Shown here in pieces: positions 46,801 to 53,619 of a stretch of DNA of 64,000 nt (its first letter is position 1; each line of letters opens with the position of its first letter). The notes under the pieces were generated by a model that ran no database searches, was not told the DNA's origin, and worked only from the letters and a program-made list of their open reading frames with translations. Source of the DNA: Candidatus Nomurabacteria bacterium (GTDB taxonomy: Bacteria > Patescibacteriota > Minisyncoccia > Phycocordibacterales > UBA5272); NCBI GenBank assembly GCA_029288775.1, contig JARIGQ010000006.1, positions 120 to 64,119 on the forward strand, written 5' to 3'. The translations under genes were made by a program, and so were the position numbers.

Positions 46801-48766
46801 CGAGCTATCGATGATGTTTTCTCCAGAAGCTGGGACTTTTGTCCTTAATTCTACGCCTAGTACTTATCTAGTTGGAAACACAGGTATGGTTGCTTATTAC
46901 AAATTAGACAGTAATTCCAATGATGCAGCAGGTTCTACCAACGGATCTGACACCAACATTACGTACTCTTCAGGAAATGGGAAGCTAAACAACGGAGCTG
47001 GATTCAATGGAACCAATAGTACCGTTGCATTAGGAACAGGTCTCAACCTTGCAGGAGGCGGCATGACGATTGCGGGCTGGGTATACATAAATACCAATAG
47101 CCTTTATCAAGAAGCCATCCTCAACAAGCGTGATGTTGGAGGAACAATGCAGTATCAGTTCTATGTAGAAAACAGCGCGGCAAAGCTCGCTTTCTACACA
47201 GGTACTCAATATAATTCAACCTCCGCTGTAGGAAGTAACGGGTGGCATCATGTGGCAGTCACGCTTTCAAATTCCTCAAACGGAAATCTAACTTTCTATA
47301 TAGATGGAGTTCAGAGTGGAACAGCCTCGAGCGTAAACCTTGGTTCAGGAACATCAGCAAGAGTTGCTATTGGTAGTCAAGGATCTGCAGACTACGACTT
47401 CTTCCATGGAGCCATTGACGAACTAGGTGTTTGGTCCCGCACACTTTCTTCTACGGAGATTGCTAATCTTTATAATAGTGGAAGTGGCCTAGCATATCCA
47501 TTTGCAACTGTAGGGTCATCACGACAAGAGTCCTATGCAGGGTCTGAGATAGATGACAGCTATCTGTATTCTACAAGCACGCAGAACATTCTCCCCGCAG
47601 TATCTTATCCATACGCTACAAGTACAGCCACCTCTACTGTATACAGTCTTACAACGGCTACCACTACTTCGTACACCCTCTATACTCCATTCTCAAACTA
47701 CCAAGACGACAGTAGGGGAACCATCACAAGTTATCTAACCTTCAATGGCAAACTCATAGCTGCGTATACATACCAAAGTGGTCAAGAAGCTTCCACCGGA
47801 AAGCTAACGTACATATTGGTGAATTACTTGGGTACCCCTGTACTATCCACGGACGCACATGGAGACATTACGGAGATGGACGTCACCGACTCTTTCGGAA
47901 ACTACGTTCATAGAGATAGGAGAAACGACAATGCAGAGCACACCCGGGGGTTTACTAATCAAGATTTCGACGATGTTACAGGATTAAACTATTTCCATGC
48001 TCGTCTTCTTGACCCGAAGGCCCACACCTTCCTTTCGGTAGATCCAGTAATTTATAACTTAGTAAGTAATAACAACGAAGACAGATTACGCTTTGTTAGT
48101 GCATTAATTAATCCACAAGCTCAAAATAGTTACTCTTATGTTGGTAATAATCCCATAACAAATATCGATCAAGACGGCCGTTGGTGGGTAGAGGTTTCAG
48201 CATCACTTGCTGGATCTGGACGTACGGGTTCTATAGGTTTTAGATTTGATGATACAGGAATTGATTATTTCCAGTCGGGAGGATTTACAGCGGGTTCAGG
48301 AGCTTTTGCTGGGATAGTAATATCTCCGTATGGCTCACTCTCACATCAGGCTCAATCCACTACTAATGTTACTTTTCAAGCAGCAAAAGTTGTAGGAGGT
48401 CAAATTAGTGGAGATCTGGCCACGTATTCTGTCAATGCTAAAAGCATGGTTCCAAATGATAAACCTTCAGGTGGTATAATATTTGGACTAGGAGCGAGCG
48501 CTTCTGTCCAGCAAGAAGTTTCAACTCCATTGGTCAGTTTTGGGAAGAATACTCAGCCAACAAATTCAGTACCTAAGACGTCAACAAATGCTGTTCAAGG
48601 TAGAATGAGTCCGCAGAGTATTATAGGACCAACATTACCCCAGCAGTCAAATCAAACAAAAACTAACACTGCTCCCAAAGTTAACATAAACCCTACTCAG
48701 CAGAGTCAACAGGGAGGAATATTAAATACCGTCAATAATTGGTTCAACAATATATTTAAAAAATAA
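37853..48766 (+). CDS. Giant RHS/Tc-toxin-B-like polymorphic toxin (3637 aa): SpvB domain, FG-GAP/VCBS repeats, RHS/YD repeats, Thr/Ser-rich regions, poly-Gly blocks, LamG domain, RHS core end, and an unknown C-terminal domain
   Basis: N-terminal TM/signal segment. SpvB/TcdB N-domain (GALTYTYPLTLPDGRNGMAPKLSLSYNS...GWFGHAWTINIPYVERTTK). DxDGDG FG-GAP-like repeats (DTDGNGILDL, DVNGDGFDDVV, DINGDGLQDK, DINNDGLVDFV). More than 15 YD repeats (YxYDxxGN(L/V)). G8-G9 runs around 45.1-45.7 kb. LamG/concanavalin fold (WHHVAVTLS...FYIDGVQSG...AIDELGVWSRTLS). RHS core terminus ...YFHARLLDPKAHTFLSVDP...NNPITNIDQDGRWW, then a roughly 195-aa Gln/Asn/Thr-rich tail. Confidence 0.9.
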   Translation: MSRVRMLNATFGSLTRDSRRFLYSLLRKKALIMSALLVFVQLLTPVATIYAAATVSNDIGSAASLDPVGNKATRLQGQGSSGVDQSSGALTYTYPLTLPDGRNGMAPKLSLSYNSQNNDSGWFGHAWTINIPYVERTTKTGSDKMYSNPVFVSSLHGELTSSNGINYEQKVDDGSYPKYTYSGNTWQMTDRDGTTYYFGNTYTSRIQDDAGTLIGRWYLTEVRDKFGNGILYGYTKDSGTVYPSTVSYTEHALAHPLNLVSFTLENKTDQLPSYKYGFKTTDTKRVSAIKVSTNGKDNSYFYFTYTFGSNGVRSLLQSIEKKHLSTNGDWTTLPKTTFDYEKSAPSFSGTISNSVNPYGGNVVMDTDGNGILDLYNAGDGYFPVEINGDYKKDLVQAEITYGAYSSGQNINFKYNQGSSTFLLRNLKKPTSSAYIRSMVAGNPIPPLRYLPEGGSGWGQESVVADVNGDGFDDVVYNDPYGNNGVGVNTTNNTFDYSTPTNLWFSVLNDQLVDINGDGLQDKISKSTSGTTTYSIYLNTGSGYSTTTYYVYSTGTALPAEYDTGVRFVDINNDGLVDFVRSYYSNYSGTGNPTCTDSYSPVPTTAPINQSVSQYYINTGTGFTASTSPLSGYIINYGSCAYGMTSGFLVTKSTKEYDTDGDLDTDYDGATNNTKKQDVLTNVTSSLGSTLSVSYSWTTTGGLNPTLPVPMYTVATTTEKFSLSDPAPHIVSYSFQDGQMYYDDSAPRDHKFAGFGKVEVVDGNKKTVTYFHQGNGDNLSTGEKGDSYYNIGKSYRTDTFDLSSGTSTLVSKDLSLYTTYSYASSSFTYLDSQIKNLYNSDGSYVSSASRNVYDETKRLIKTSYNYGDIEPFISFASSTITDKGSDLTVTSYIYSNTRPQRLVKQTTTDYSGQTIGNTAYYYDGLPYGLVDKGAVTTTLDTIYNSDGTVNATSSTQVEYDPTGNVTKTTDALGNITKVSYDSSYYFPTQKVDALNGTTTYSYDPYTLNLLSTKGPDGITYTKETDGLGKVTRSYTLDSGGGVHDEVRINYVYGGGLTVYTRKMGSSGQEARSVDIYDSYGRLIQSKKESTVDSFSTQDTTYDASSNVTSVSLPYITTGYGYTPGTPTNGKTIYTYDGLGRVTTKEAFGSKATYQYGARSLTVQDNASTQHKKTYIYDANGNLATVQEYNNGSTYTTSYSYTPTNKLSRISDANGNIRNFSYLSNGLLTYQEDSHPSSDSTFTTYSYTYDSLGNLLSKIGPLGSIIYSYDALSRPTTRVVSDATNGTSTVSLSYTGCANNYVSPCVINRGTSSTTLTYNSYGKLGSEMLSIDGKTYTRSYAYDTFSNPTTITYPDNGQAIYSYTLDGKQASLSYITPSGSTKSIVSNTTFNSIGDLSSYSLGNGIQLCNTYTTTSTDGVISPKLGKSVYLFNSVGCSLSGSNQVELYKDEFTYKDYMTPSNILTTYKDIAGTTHTKSDSFTYDNLARLTQTSTSYDGGGALVDSLVYDPIGNIISENNVLYRYSKDGMQNANAVTSIGGVNVSYDSQGNRIQSGDNSYAWNTLNQLVLATSSNGTERYTYDENGERLKKVVQASVLINQKVTPSTTGLAISTLSQGDLLAQVATSSTYIATSTYNTLSSLSLLDKTSLFNLVTGYYASPFTSKFCAATSTANRQTCISDTTKQLLANDINQRSTSTVATTGLITDIIKISTGEYLIPSSYVGIATSSIAISSQATFTVNSGTISSYNTYVATGIVVALDQYSNLPYVSTSTYTTLASLGLIDTTKVKTVMILAGCNSVASACTTAKKVIFEKYYKESGYLLSDRALQEMWYVYAAKARLPGNSTELTSTSTYLGSISVPSVTSRSSSSATSTYYSGLYFTTEYTNQNTAEPRLQYFNTIPYYITPTAFGELQAAGITQTTVQSYQSQIDDLLSIKYASSTEYMVALQSFAKNDKGVTLSWNTLKELYLVVIGAASIPNNTGDYTQNAVYDLSNYLVINSYKTVSGQFTLQWTTACNGGYVSSLTYSRCVIGTSPFSLSVSSSTSVSYILSLKNSPNPTETTLLMGSSTNTTMGTDSYNYATDLPHIFNGYYTQTFSSDGVRIDADVTPTILTQQASSTSPLKILISNDSQWSSDPYTWEATSVTLKAYANTSRLTLASTTLVSGVTNATTTSFTAGIQSTIASYFGENHDSSFDVSTGTTSPLVFISPESYREFASTTLKDAYQITKVFMATSTTQCASAASTTECDKTLRKAAFREIVTNLSGFTPSQAATEEFWMVHKGILALPNVSFASTTATTTVNGYYQATSTIGSWYIMVSPGNYTYYVATSSAVLPAIVSSTSTPYPVFARSNLPNSLSTSTTYLTSTTTIPGFWVDQVVYQDSPTGGATSTTGSYTVHTFNSSGTFTVPSGASFNAEVLAVGGGGGGGGSQGGGGGGGQVIASSTVAFTAGSYSVTIGSGGGGGDAGGTTAGGDGATTTFVGITAKGGKGAPRQTNLNGGNSGSGKTGGTGILSGYYPSGGGAGDFANGVNGSGSASGNGGTGTSSSITGSSLGYGGGGGGGGDSQGSTPGSGVDGGGNGATAFVSSPGSSGTANRGGGGGGGSNDNGCHCAGTAGGDGGSGVVIVRYLTSLFPFNATTTTHVYIATTTIIAPVTHLDLVPSGVLTDTQFTTTYATSSFALATTTKGVSQDTYNELLRTPVRLNSDVTTVFTYALPFATSSCPGQTATSSCVITAQKTKAKDTISALSGFVLSDAALEELYRVNSGDLSIIPMNLTNAATSSSNQTIILPLDKSRAYTSYSTSTASGTTTSSVGGSCSFGTTGATTTKCKIGLPDLNTIIQSATFKYDLSTSTVSTSTLLLNFTYLTQVASTTGATSTPQFTAVSSSTTVTGQKSGTSTFSFDLSSYYVDFMAATTSTFILTPDANGTSTQVFQVLNPILTFNRYISNQSITYATTTQFIPFDRSAIPSYATTTATTSIDLTNTPPIELSMMFSPEAGTFVLNSTPSTYLVGNTGMVAYYKLDSNSNDAAGSTNGSDTNITYSSGNGKLNNGAGFNGTNSTVALGTGLNLAGGGMTIAGWVYINTNSLYQEAILNKRDVGGTMQYQFYVENSAAKLAFYTGTQYNSTSAVGSNGWHHVAVTLSNSSNGNLTFYIDGVQSGTASSVNLGSGTSARVAIGSQGSADYDFFHGAIDELGVWSRTLSSTEIANLYNSGSGLAYPFATVGSSRQESYAGSEIDDSYLYSTSTQNILPAVSYPYATSTATSTVYSLTTATTTSYTLYTPFSNYQDDSRGTITSYLTFNGKLIAAYTYQSGQEASTGKLTYILVNYLGTPVLSTDAHGDITEMDVTDSFGNYVHRDRRNDNAEHTRGFTNQDFDDVTGLNYFHARLLDPKAHTFLSVDPVIYNLVSNNNEDRLRFVSALINPQAQNSYSYVGNNPITNIDQDGRWWVEVSASLAGSGRTGSIGFRFDDTGIDYFQSGGFTAGSGAFAGIVISPYGSLSHQAQSTTNVTFQAAKVVGGQISGDLATYSVNAKSMVPNDKPSGGIIFGLGASASVQQEVSTPLVSFGKNTQPTNSVPKTSTNAVQGRMSPQSIIGPTLPQQSNQTKTNTAPKVNINPTQQSQQGGILNTVNNWFNNIFKK

Positions 48767-48769
48767 ACT

Positions 48770-49027
48770 ATGATTAAAACAATTTTATTTCTCGGGATCG
48801 TAATTATTACTAGCTATGTTGTTTCTAGGAATATAAACGAATGGAGTGAGAGTTTTCGTGTGTTCAATTTAAAAAATATTAAAAATTCATTTGGTGATAA
48901 ATTTGGTTTTTTGAAATCAGGAGAAAAGAAGTGGTTCTTGTACTTTTGTAAGATATGGATTATTTTTGTCTCTCTATTGTTTCTAACTTTAGTTTATCTC
49001 GTTCTTTTTGGAACTATTGTTTTATAG
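48770..49027 (+). CDS. Small two-TM membrane protein, candidate immunity protein for the RHS toxin
   Basis: Starts 4 nt after the toxin stop, as in classic rhs-rhsI layouts. Two hydrophobic helices. Confidence 0.4.
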   Translation: MIKTILFLGIVIITSYVVSRNINEWSESFRVFNLKNIKNSFGDKFGFLKSGEKKWFLYFCKIWIIFVSLLFLTLVYLVLFGTIVL

Positions 49028-49068
49028 TCCCCTAAAAAGCCACCATTTAAAGATATAGTGAAAGATAC

Positions 49069-49112
49069 AGTGTGGAGAGGGGTAGGGTAAAGCTAAAAAG
49101 AGGAGTAAACTT
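49069..49112 (+). promoter_or_regulatory. Conserved 44-nt island motif, copy a
   Basis: AGTGTGGAGAGGGGTAGGGTAAAGCTAAAAAGAGGAGTAAACTT. The four copies differ only at a handful of positions; the other three are at 50437, 60029 and 61548. Confidence 0.5.
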
Positions 49113-49160
49113 GATTTAGAGGGAAAGGTATGGCCATTAATAACGCAATCAACCATAACC

Positions 49161-49664
49161 ATGAAAAAGCTATTAGTTTTAATAATCTTACTTGTTGGTG
49201 TCACTCAGTTTTCATCAGCTGCAATTACTACTTGTACAGTAATTAGCAGAGATTTAACATATAAAAGTAGTGACTACGGTTCCGGTGGAGATGTGGCAAA
49301 TCTTCAATATTTTCTTAATCAAACAGGAGACCTTATAAACTACCCTTCTGGGTATTTTGGACCGTCTACCTTAACAGCTGTTAAGCAATTTCAAAGTGCT
49401 TATGGGATTTCCCCAACAGGGTATGTGGGAAGCCTTACAAGGGCAAAAATCCAGTCTCTGTCATGTGGAAACACAACCACATTATCTAACGATAATCATT
49501 ACACAAACAGCGCAGGAAATACGGTTCACTCCCCAGCTTATACGAGTGATAACTCAATACCTTCAGGAGCAAGTGCGCAGTGTGGTGACGGAACCTATAG
49601 TTTCAGTCAAAGCAGTAGAGGTACCTGCTCACATCATGGAGGTGTAAGTAGGTGGTTAAGATAA
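49161..49664 (+). CDS. Secreted protein with a peptidoglycan-binding domain (PG_binding_1-like)
   Basis: Signal peptide MKKLLVLIILLVGVTQFSSA. GDVANLQYFLNQTGDLINYPSGYFGPSTLTAVKQFQSAYGISPTGYVGSLTRAKI matches the three-helix PG-binding repeat. Confidence 0.6.
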   Translation: MKKLLVLIILLVGVTQFSSAAITTCTVISRDLTYKSSDYGSGGDVANLQYFLNQTGDLINYPSGYFGPSTLTAVKQFQSAYGISPTGYVGSLTRAKIQSLSCGNTTTLSNDNHYTNSAGNTVHSPAYTSDNSIPSGASAQCGDGTYSFSQSSRGTCSHHGGVSRWLR

Positions 49665-49665
49665 T

Positions 49666-50172
49666 ATGAAAACCATTTCAGAACTAAACAATAAATGGTG
49701 GTATAGATTGATTAAAGTTGCTTTTTTCGTTGCTATTCTTTTGTCTATTTGTGTGGCGGTTTCAGTAGAGTGGGATGAATTATATAGCTACGATTCGGAC
49801 TATAGAATATTGTGCAATTATGGCAATAAAGCCAGTTTCCTAGCGTATAAAGAGAGGCAAATTTATATTCCTAGTTATTACAATTACTCCGACAGTATTG
49901 CTGATATTCCGGACTCAACCAAAACGCAGATTCGATCTATATGTCAAATTACTGACGCAGAAATCCAGGCCTTAATGAACGACATAATGAATGGTAATTA
50001 TGATGGGAAAAAACTGTTTGATGTTATTCCAACCAGCATTCCGAGAGCTACCCACTTATCTGTTACCTTATGGTCCGTCTTGTATATTGTGATTATCCTG
50101 GTGATTAGTGAGATTATTCATCGAGTATTCTATTACATTTTATTGGGTACCTTTAGACCTAAGAAAACTTAG
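49666..50172 (+). CDS. Membrane protein with N- and C-terminal TM helices (168 aa)
   Basis: ATGA overlap with the preceding gene. Hydrophobic helices at both ends. No motifs recognised. Confidence 0.4.
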   Translation: MKTISELNNKWWYRLIKVAFFVAILLSICVAVSVEWDELYSYDSDYRILCNYGNKASFLAYKERQIYIPSYYNYSDSIADIPDSTKTQIRSICQITDAEIQALMNDIMNGNYDGKKLFDVIPTSIPRATHLSVTLWSVLYIVIILVISEIIHRVFYYILLGTFRPKKT

Positions 50173-50197
50173 TTCCGTTATTATTTAATTTTCATCT

Positions 50198-50410
50198 ATG
50201 TCACTTTGGAATAATTTGTTTGGGCTAAGATGGATTAGAACCCCAAAAGCAAAAATAATATTTGGATTATCAATGCTGGCCCTGGCTATTTTTACTTTGG
50301 GAGTTGTAGGGTTAAAAGATTCCTGGGAGTTAATTATTATTTTAACTGTTGGAGGTTTGTGGCAAATCGTTACAGGCCGAAAGAAATTTTGGCAGGAAAA
50401 ACAGTTATAA
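50198..50410 (+). CDS. Small two-TM membrane protein (70 aa)
   Basis: Two clear hydrophobic helices. It competes with the antisense ORF 50185-50430; the membrane topology makes the plus-strand ORF the preferred reading. Confidence 0.3.
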   Translation: MSLWNNLFGLRWIRTPKAKIIFGLSMLALAIFTLGVVGLKDSWELIIILTVGGLWQIVTGRKKFWQEKQL

Positions 50411-50436
50411 TTTTCTCGGACAAGGCGCACGATTAA

Positions 50437-50480
50437 AGTGTGGTAAGGTGTAGGGTAAAGCTAAAAAGAGGAGTAAACTT
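50437..50480 (+). promoter_or_regulatory. Conserved 44-nt island motif, copy b
   Basis: AGTGTGGTAAGGTGTAGGGTAAAGCTAAAAAGAGGAGTAAACTT. Confidence 0.5.
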
Positions 50481-50592
50481 TAGATATGAGAACTAACTAT
50501 AGGGTTCCTAAACTTGATTTAATTTCAAGTTATTCTAGTTATTTTGATTCATGGTTTATGGCTAAGAATTAATTTAATTTTATAAAACCGAA

Positions 50593-50988
50593 ATGTTAAA
50601 GATATTTGACTACAATCTACACAAAAGACAAGTATTTTGGTACTTTTTGTTATCTAGTATAGGAATCATTTACTTGTTGTGGTCCAATTATCAGTTGCAT
50701 AATGAAATTAAAGAAAAGGAACTCGAAGTAAGGATATATAACGAGAATATCGATAAAACCAATGACTTAGATTTAAGATATTCAAAGTGTCTTGATAAAG
50801 CAGACAATGATGCAAAATGGAGTATTTATTCTTATTGCATGAATTCTCCTTGGTATCCAGATAAAACAGCATGCAAATTAGACGAGCTCCCGTCTGGTGG
50901 AACTTTGTTGGAGTCATATCAAAAAGACAAAAGTAATTGCTCACAGCAGTTTAAGGGGGCAATTTATAAAGAACCTTGGGAAAGGTAG
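50593..50988 (+). CDS. Hypothetical membrane-anchored protein (131 aa)
   Basis: N-terminal TM helix, then a Cys-containing extracytoplasmic segment. Its stop abuts the att-like repeat. Confidence 0.35.
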   Translation: MLKIFDYNLHKRQVFWYFLLSSIGIIYLLWSNYQLHNEIKEKELEVRIYNENIDKTNDLDLRYSKCLDKADNDAKWSIYSYCMNSPWYPDKTACKLDELPSGGTLLESYQKDKSNCSQQFKGAIYKEPWER

Positions 50989-52624
50989 CTAGTTCTAATT
51001 GTCTCTACCGCGGCACACCAATCGAGACGAATAGCGTCAGTTCGCTCACTTCGTCCAGTAGTATCAAGGGTTTCTTCCAGTTCCAACCTTTCTAGGTCGC
51101 TTTTAAGCTGGAAATAGTTACTTTCTATAGGTTCCAGCCATTTATGCTTGGAAATAGTAAGTATCTGGTCAGTTATGGTGTGGTTCCAACCTAAGCCAAG
51201 CAAAATAGCTTTCTTGTGCTCTGGAGGAGATTCAGGGTTGACGAAATGCTTCTTCGCGTAGGCCGCAAACTTGAAAGTCTTCTCCGTCAATTCCAACCAT
51301 TTTTCTTCACGGTCTTCTGATTCTGCCAGTTGGTCCTTACTCTTTGCAAGCTTTGCTCGTAAGATGTCTCGTTCTTTAATGAAGCCTTGTTCATCAATCA
51401 GCTCCTTGTAGAGCATCTTAGTCAGATTATCCAATTCTCGCTGAGTGTCGTCACAAAGCTTTTGATTACTCTTCTTAACTTCAAGACTGTCCTGAATTTC
51501 GACCACATTTCTCTCCTTCAAGTAATCCAGTGCCCAAGTTAGAAACTGAGGATGAATCTCACACCCCTCTACAAACTTAAGTATCTGCTTTTCAAGCGCA
51601 CTTTCAGTAAGTGTCTTCTTCTGAGAACACTGAATACTTTTCTTTTTACGAGTACAGTAGTAGTAAGTGAATGACTTATATTCTCCAGTTGAAAGAATAA
51701 GTTTGTTTTTAGTTACGGCGGTATGCATACACCCACATTCACCGCACGTAATTTCTCCTGTATAAGCATGCACATGTTTTGAGGGGCGAGGTTTGCCATA
51801 CTTTCCTAGTAGTACCTGTACACGGTCGTACTCCTCTAGAGTAATCATAGGGTTATGATTACCTTTGTATTCTTTTCCATCCCAAACAAACGTTCCAGTG
51901 TAGAAGAGATTCGTGAATACTCGATAGATACTTGAACGTCCAAAAGGAACTACTTTGCTTTTGAATATTTTGCAGTAAGACCCCATTCTTCAGTTGCTAT
52001 TGCATGAACCTGAGGAGCTGTGTAAGCACCGGTAAGCATAAGGTCCCACATTTTTCGTACAAGTGAAAATCTTTCTGGGTCATTCACGATAGTCTTTTCC
52101 AGCTTGTCATTAAGGTAGCCGATAGGCGGACGAGATGGAAGCCATCCACGACTAGCTTTACCTTCCATCCCACGGTAACAATTCTTACGAAGGTCCAGGA
52201 TGAACTGGTTTGCCATACCGCTTTCAACACTAAACAAGAGGACGTTGTCTTCTGGTTTGTACTCTTTATCGATGGTTTGAATTGACTGAAGAGTTCCTTG
52301 CTGGAGCATCCAACTTAACGTTCCGCTATCAATAGGATTACGCGAAAGGCGGTTAATTTGCCAGCACAGAATCCCTTCTGCTTCGCCGTTTTTAATACGT
52401 TCAAGCATACTCTCGAAAACAGGACGATCGTAAGGTTTTTTGGCAGATTTTGCCTCTTGGAGCACCTCCTTCACTCGTATACCGAGAGTTCTGGCCAGGT
52501 CTTGAAGTTTGTTTACCTGGTCTTCTATGGATTGCACCTGTCGTTCCTCCGACTCAGAGGATTTACGGGCATAGAGAAAGTATTGAATTGTCTTGCTTTC
52601 TTCTGTTTTCATCTGTAAGTTCAC
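50964..52624 (-). pseudogene. Large serine recombinase of element 2, disrupted by a frameshift near 51985 and split into ORFs 51950-52624 and 50964-51986
   Basis: The N-part has YARKSS...QINRLSR. The C-part has the zinc ribbon CGECGC...YYCTRK. Both show about 60-70% similarity to the recombinase at 32659-34281 by eye. The reading frames switch after the shared EEWG motif. It could equally be an assembly indel. Confidence 0.7.
50991..51020 (+). repeat. att-like degenerate copy of the tRNA-His 3' end (island junction 1/2)
   Basis: AGTTCTAATTGTCTCTACCGCGGCACACCA, against tRNA-His AGTTCGAATCTCGATAGGCACACCA. The GGCACACCAATCG 13-mer is identical to the tRNA-His end plus its flank. It lies inside the recombinase 2 3' coding region, mirroring how recombinase 1 overlaps tRNA-His. 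Confidence 0.6.
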
Positions 52625-52765
52625 CTCGTGTCAATGTTTCCGCAAAAGTAGTAAAGAAGCTTGCTGGTATTACGAGAACTATGGTGCCTAGAATAATTTC
52701 GGCACGCGAAACTGCACCTTTGATAAGGACACTTGTTTTAAATAACTGATATATTTCTTTATTGT

Positions 52766-53341
52766 TTACCATATCTTTTTTCTATCTTTAACTACTTTCC
52801 TGGGTTTAATACCTAGAAGCGGACTTATATATGTACATGTTAGCCAACCACAAAGAATTCCAATCATTGCTCCTGCTACTATGTCCGACGGATAGTGAAC
52901 ACCTGCCATGACTCTCGCAATGGTCATACAAATTGTTGCTATGTAAAAGAATACCCCTAACTTCTTGTGATGAAAGTAGATAATTGTTGAGAACGCAAAG
53001 AAGAATGTAGAGTGACCAGAAGGAAAAGAATATGAATTTTCACTTAATAATTGATGCACGTGGTGTGATAAGAAAGGCCTTGGTCGGTGCCAGAAATATC
53101 GTATAGGTGTTGCTATTCCATAACGAGCAATCCAACCCGCTATAAGAGCAGATAACCCAGTCATTACCTTCTCCTTTAGTGGATGATGATGGAAAAGTAC
53201 ATATGCAACAACTATACCAAGTAGGATGAAAGCCAAGTAATGTGCGAAGAAAACAATAGCAAAATCTATTGCCTTACTTTGTCCGGCAAAGTTATTTAAA
53301 AAGTAAAATAGGTTAGTATCAAAATTCATAATAGAAATCAT
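52766..53341 (-). CDS. PAP2-family membrane phosphatase (undecaprenyl-PP/phosphatidate phosphatase type)
   Basis: KxxxxxxRP-like WHRPRP, PSGH (SFPSGHSTFFFAF), and SRxxxxxHxxxD in ARVMAGVHYPSDIVAG. Confidence 0.8.
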   Translation of the reverse strand: MISIMNFDTNLFYFLNNFAGQSKAIDFAIVFFAHYLAFILLGIVVAYVLFHHHPLKEKVMTGLSALIAGWIARYGIATPIRYFWHRPRPFLSHHVHQLLSENSYSFPSGHSTFFFAFSTIIYFHHKKLGVFFYIATICMTIARVMAGVHYPSDIVAGAMIGILCGWLTCTYISPLLGIKPRKVVKDRKKIW

Positions 53342-53381
53342 TATTATGGGAAAAACTACCCCTCTGGTGGTGGGTAGTTTT

Positions 53382-53546
53382 TTATTTACGTATTATCTTA
53401 CTGTTGTTGATGCCGTTTCGGTGGCCGTGACCTTCACCGTCATGTCCTTCAAAAGAACCAAGAGAACCGCCGATACCACCACCGATAATACCTCCCACAA
53501 GAGCAGAAGATACTATGATTGTGATTAATTTTTTATCTAAGTGCAT
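53382..53546 (-). CDS. Small glycine-zipper membrane protein with a His/Gly-rich tail (54 aa)
   Basis: Hand translation gives MHLDKKLITIIVSSALVGGIIGGGIGGSLGSFEGHDGEGHGHRNGINNSKIIRK. Terminator hairpin AAAAACTACCCctctggtggtGGGTAGTTTTTT immediately downstream. Under the ORF track cutoff. Confidence 0.35.
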   Translation of the reverse strand: MHLDKKLITIIVSSALVGGIIGGGIGGSLGSFEGHDGEGHGHRNGINNSKIIRK

Positions 53547-53619
53547 ATGTTTTTATTAACTAATAATATGTAAACCATACCCTTCAATAGTACAAAGTAA
53601 AAATGAAGAAAACATGAAT

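Larger units (their letters stand above)
32692..50990. mobile_element. Integrated element 1 at tRNA-His (about 18.3 kb): serine recombinase, replication-like module, giant RHS toxin locus
   Basis: Bounded on the left by tRNA-His and on the right by a degenerate copy of the tRNA-His 3' end (AGTTCTAATTGTCTCTACCGCGGCACACCA at 50991-51020). Confidence 0.6.

Noticed and set aside
38210-47738. Eight short ORFs inside or antisense to the giant RHS gene (for example 38210-38413, 39924-40133, 43424-43715, 45288-45808, 46897-47097, 47553-47738)
   Set aside because: They are fully embedded in a continuous 10.9-kb reading frame with coherent domain architecture, have no translation signals, and are chance ORFs.
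52563-52772. 69-aa minus-strand ORF overlapping the start of the disrupted recombinase
   Set aside because: It is in an alternative frame over the recombinase N-terminus and promoter region, with no independent support.
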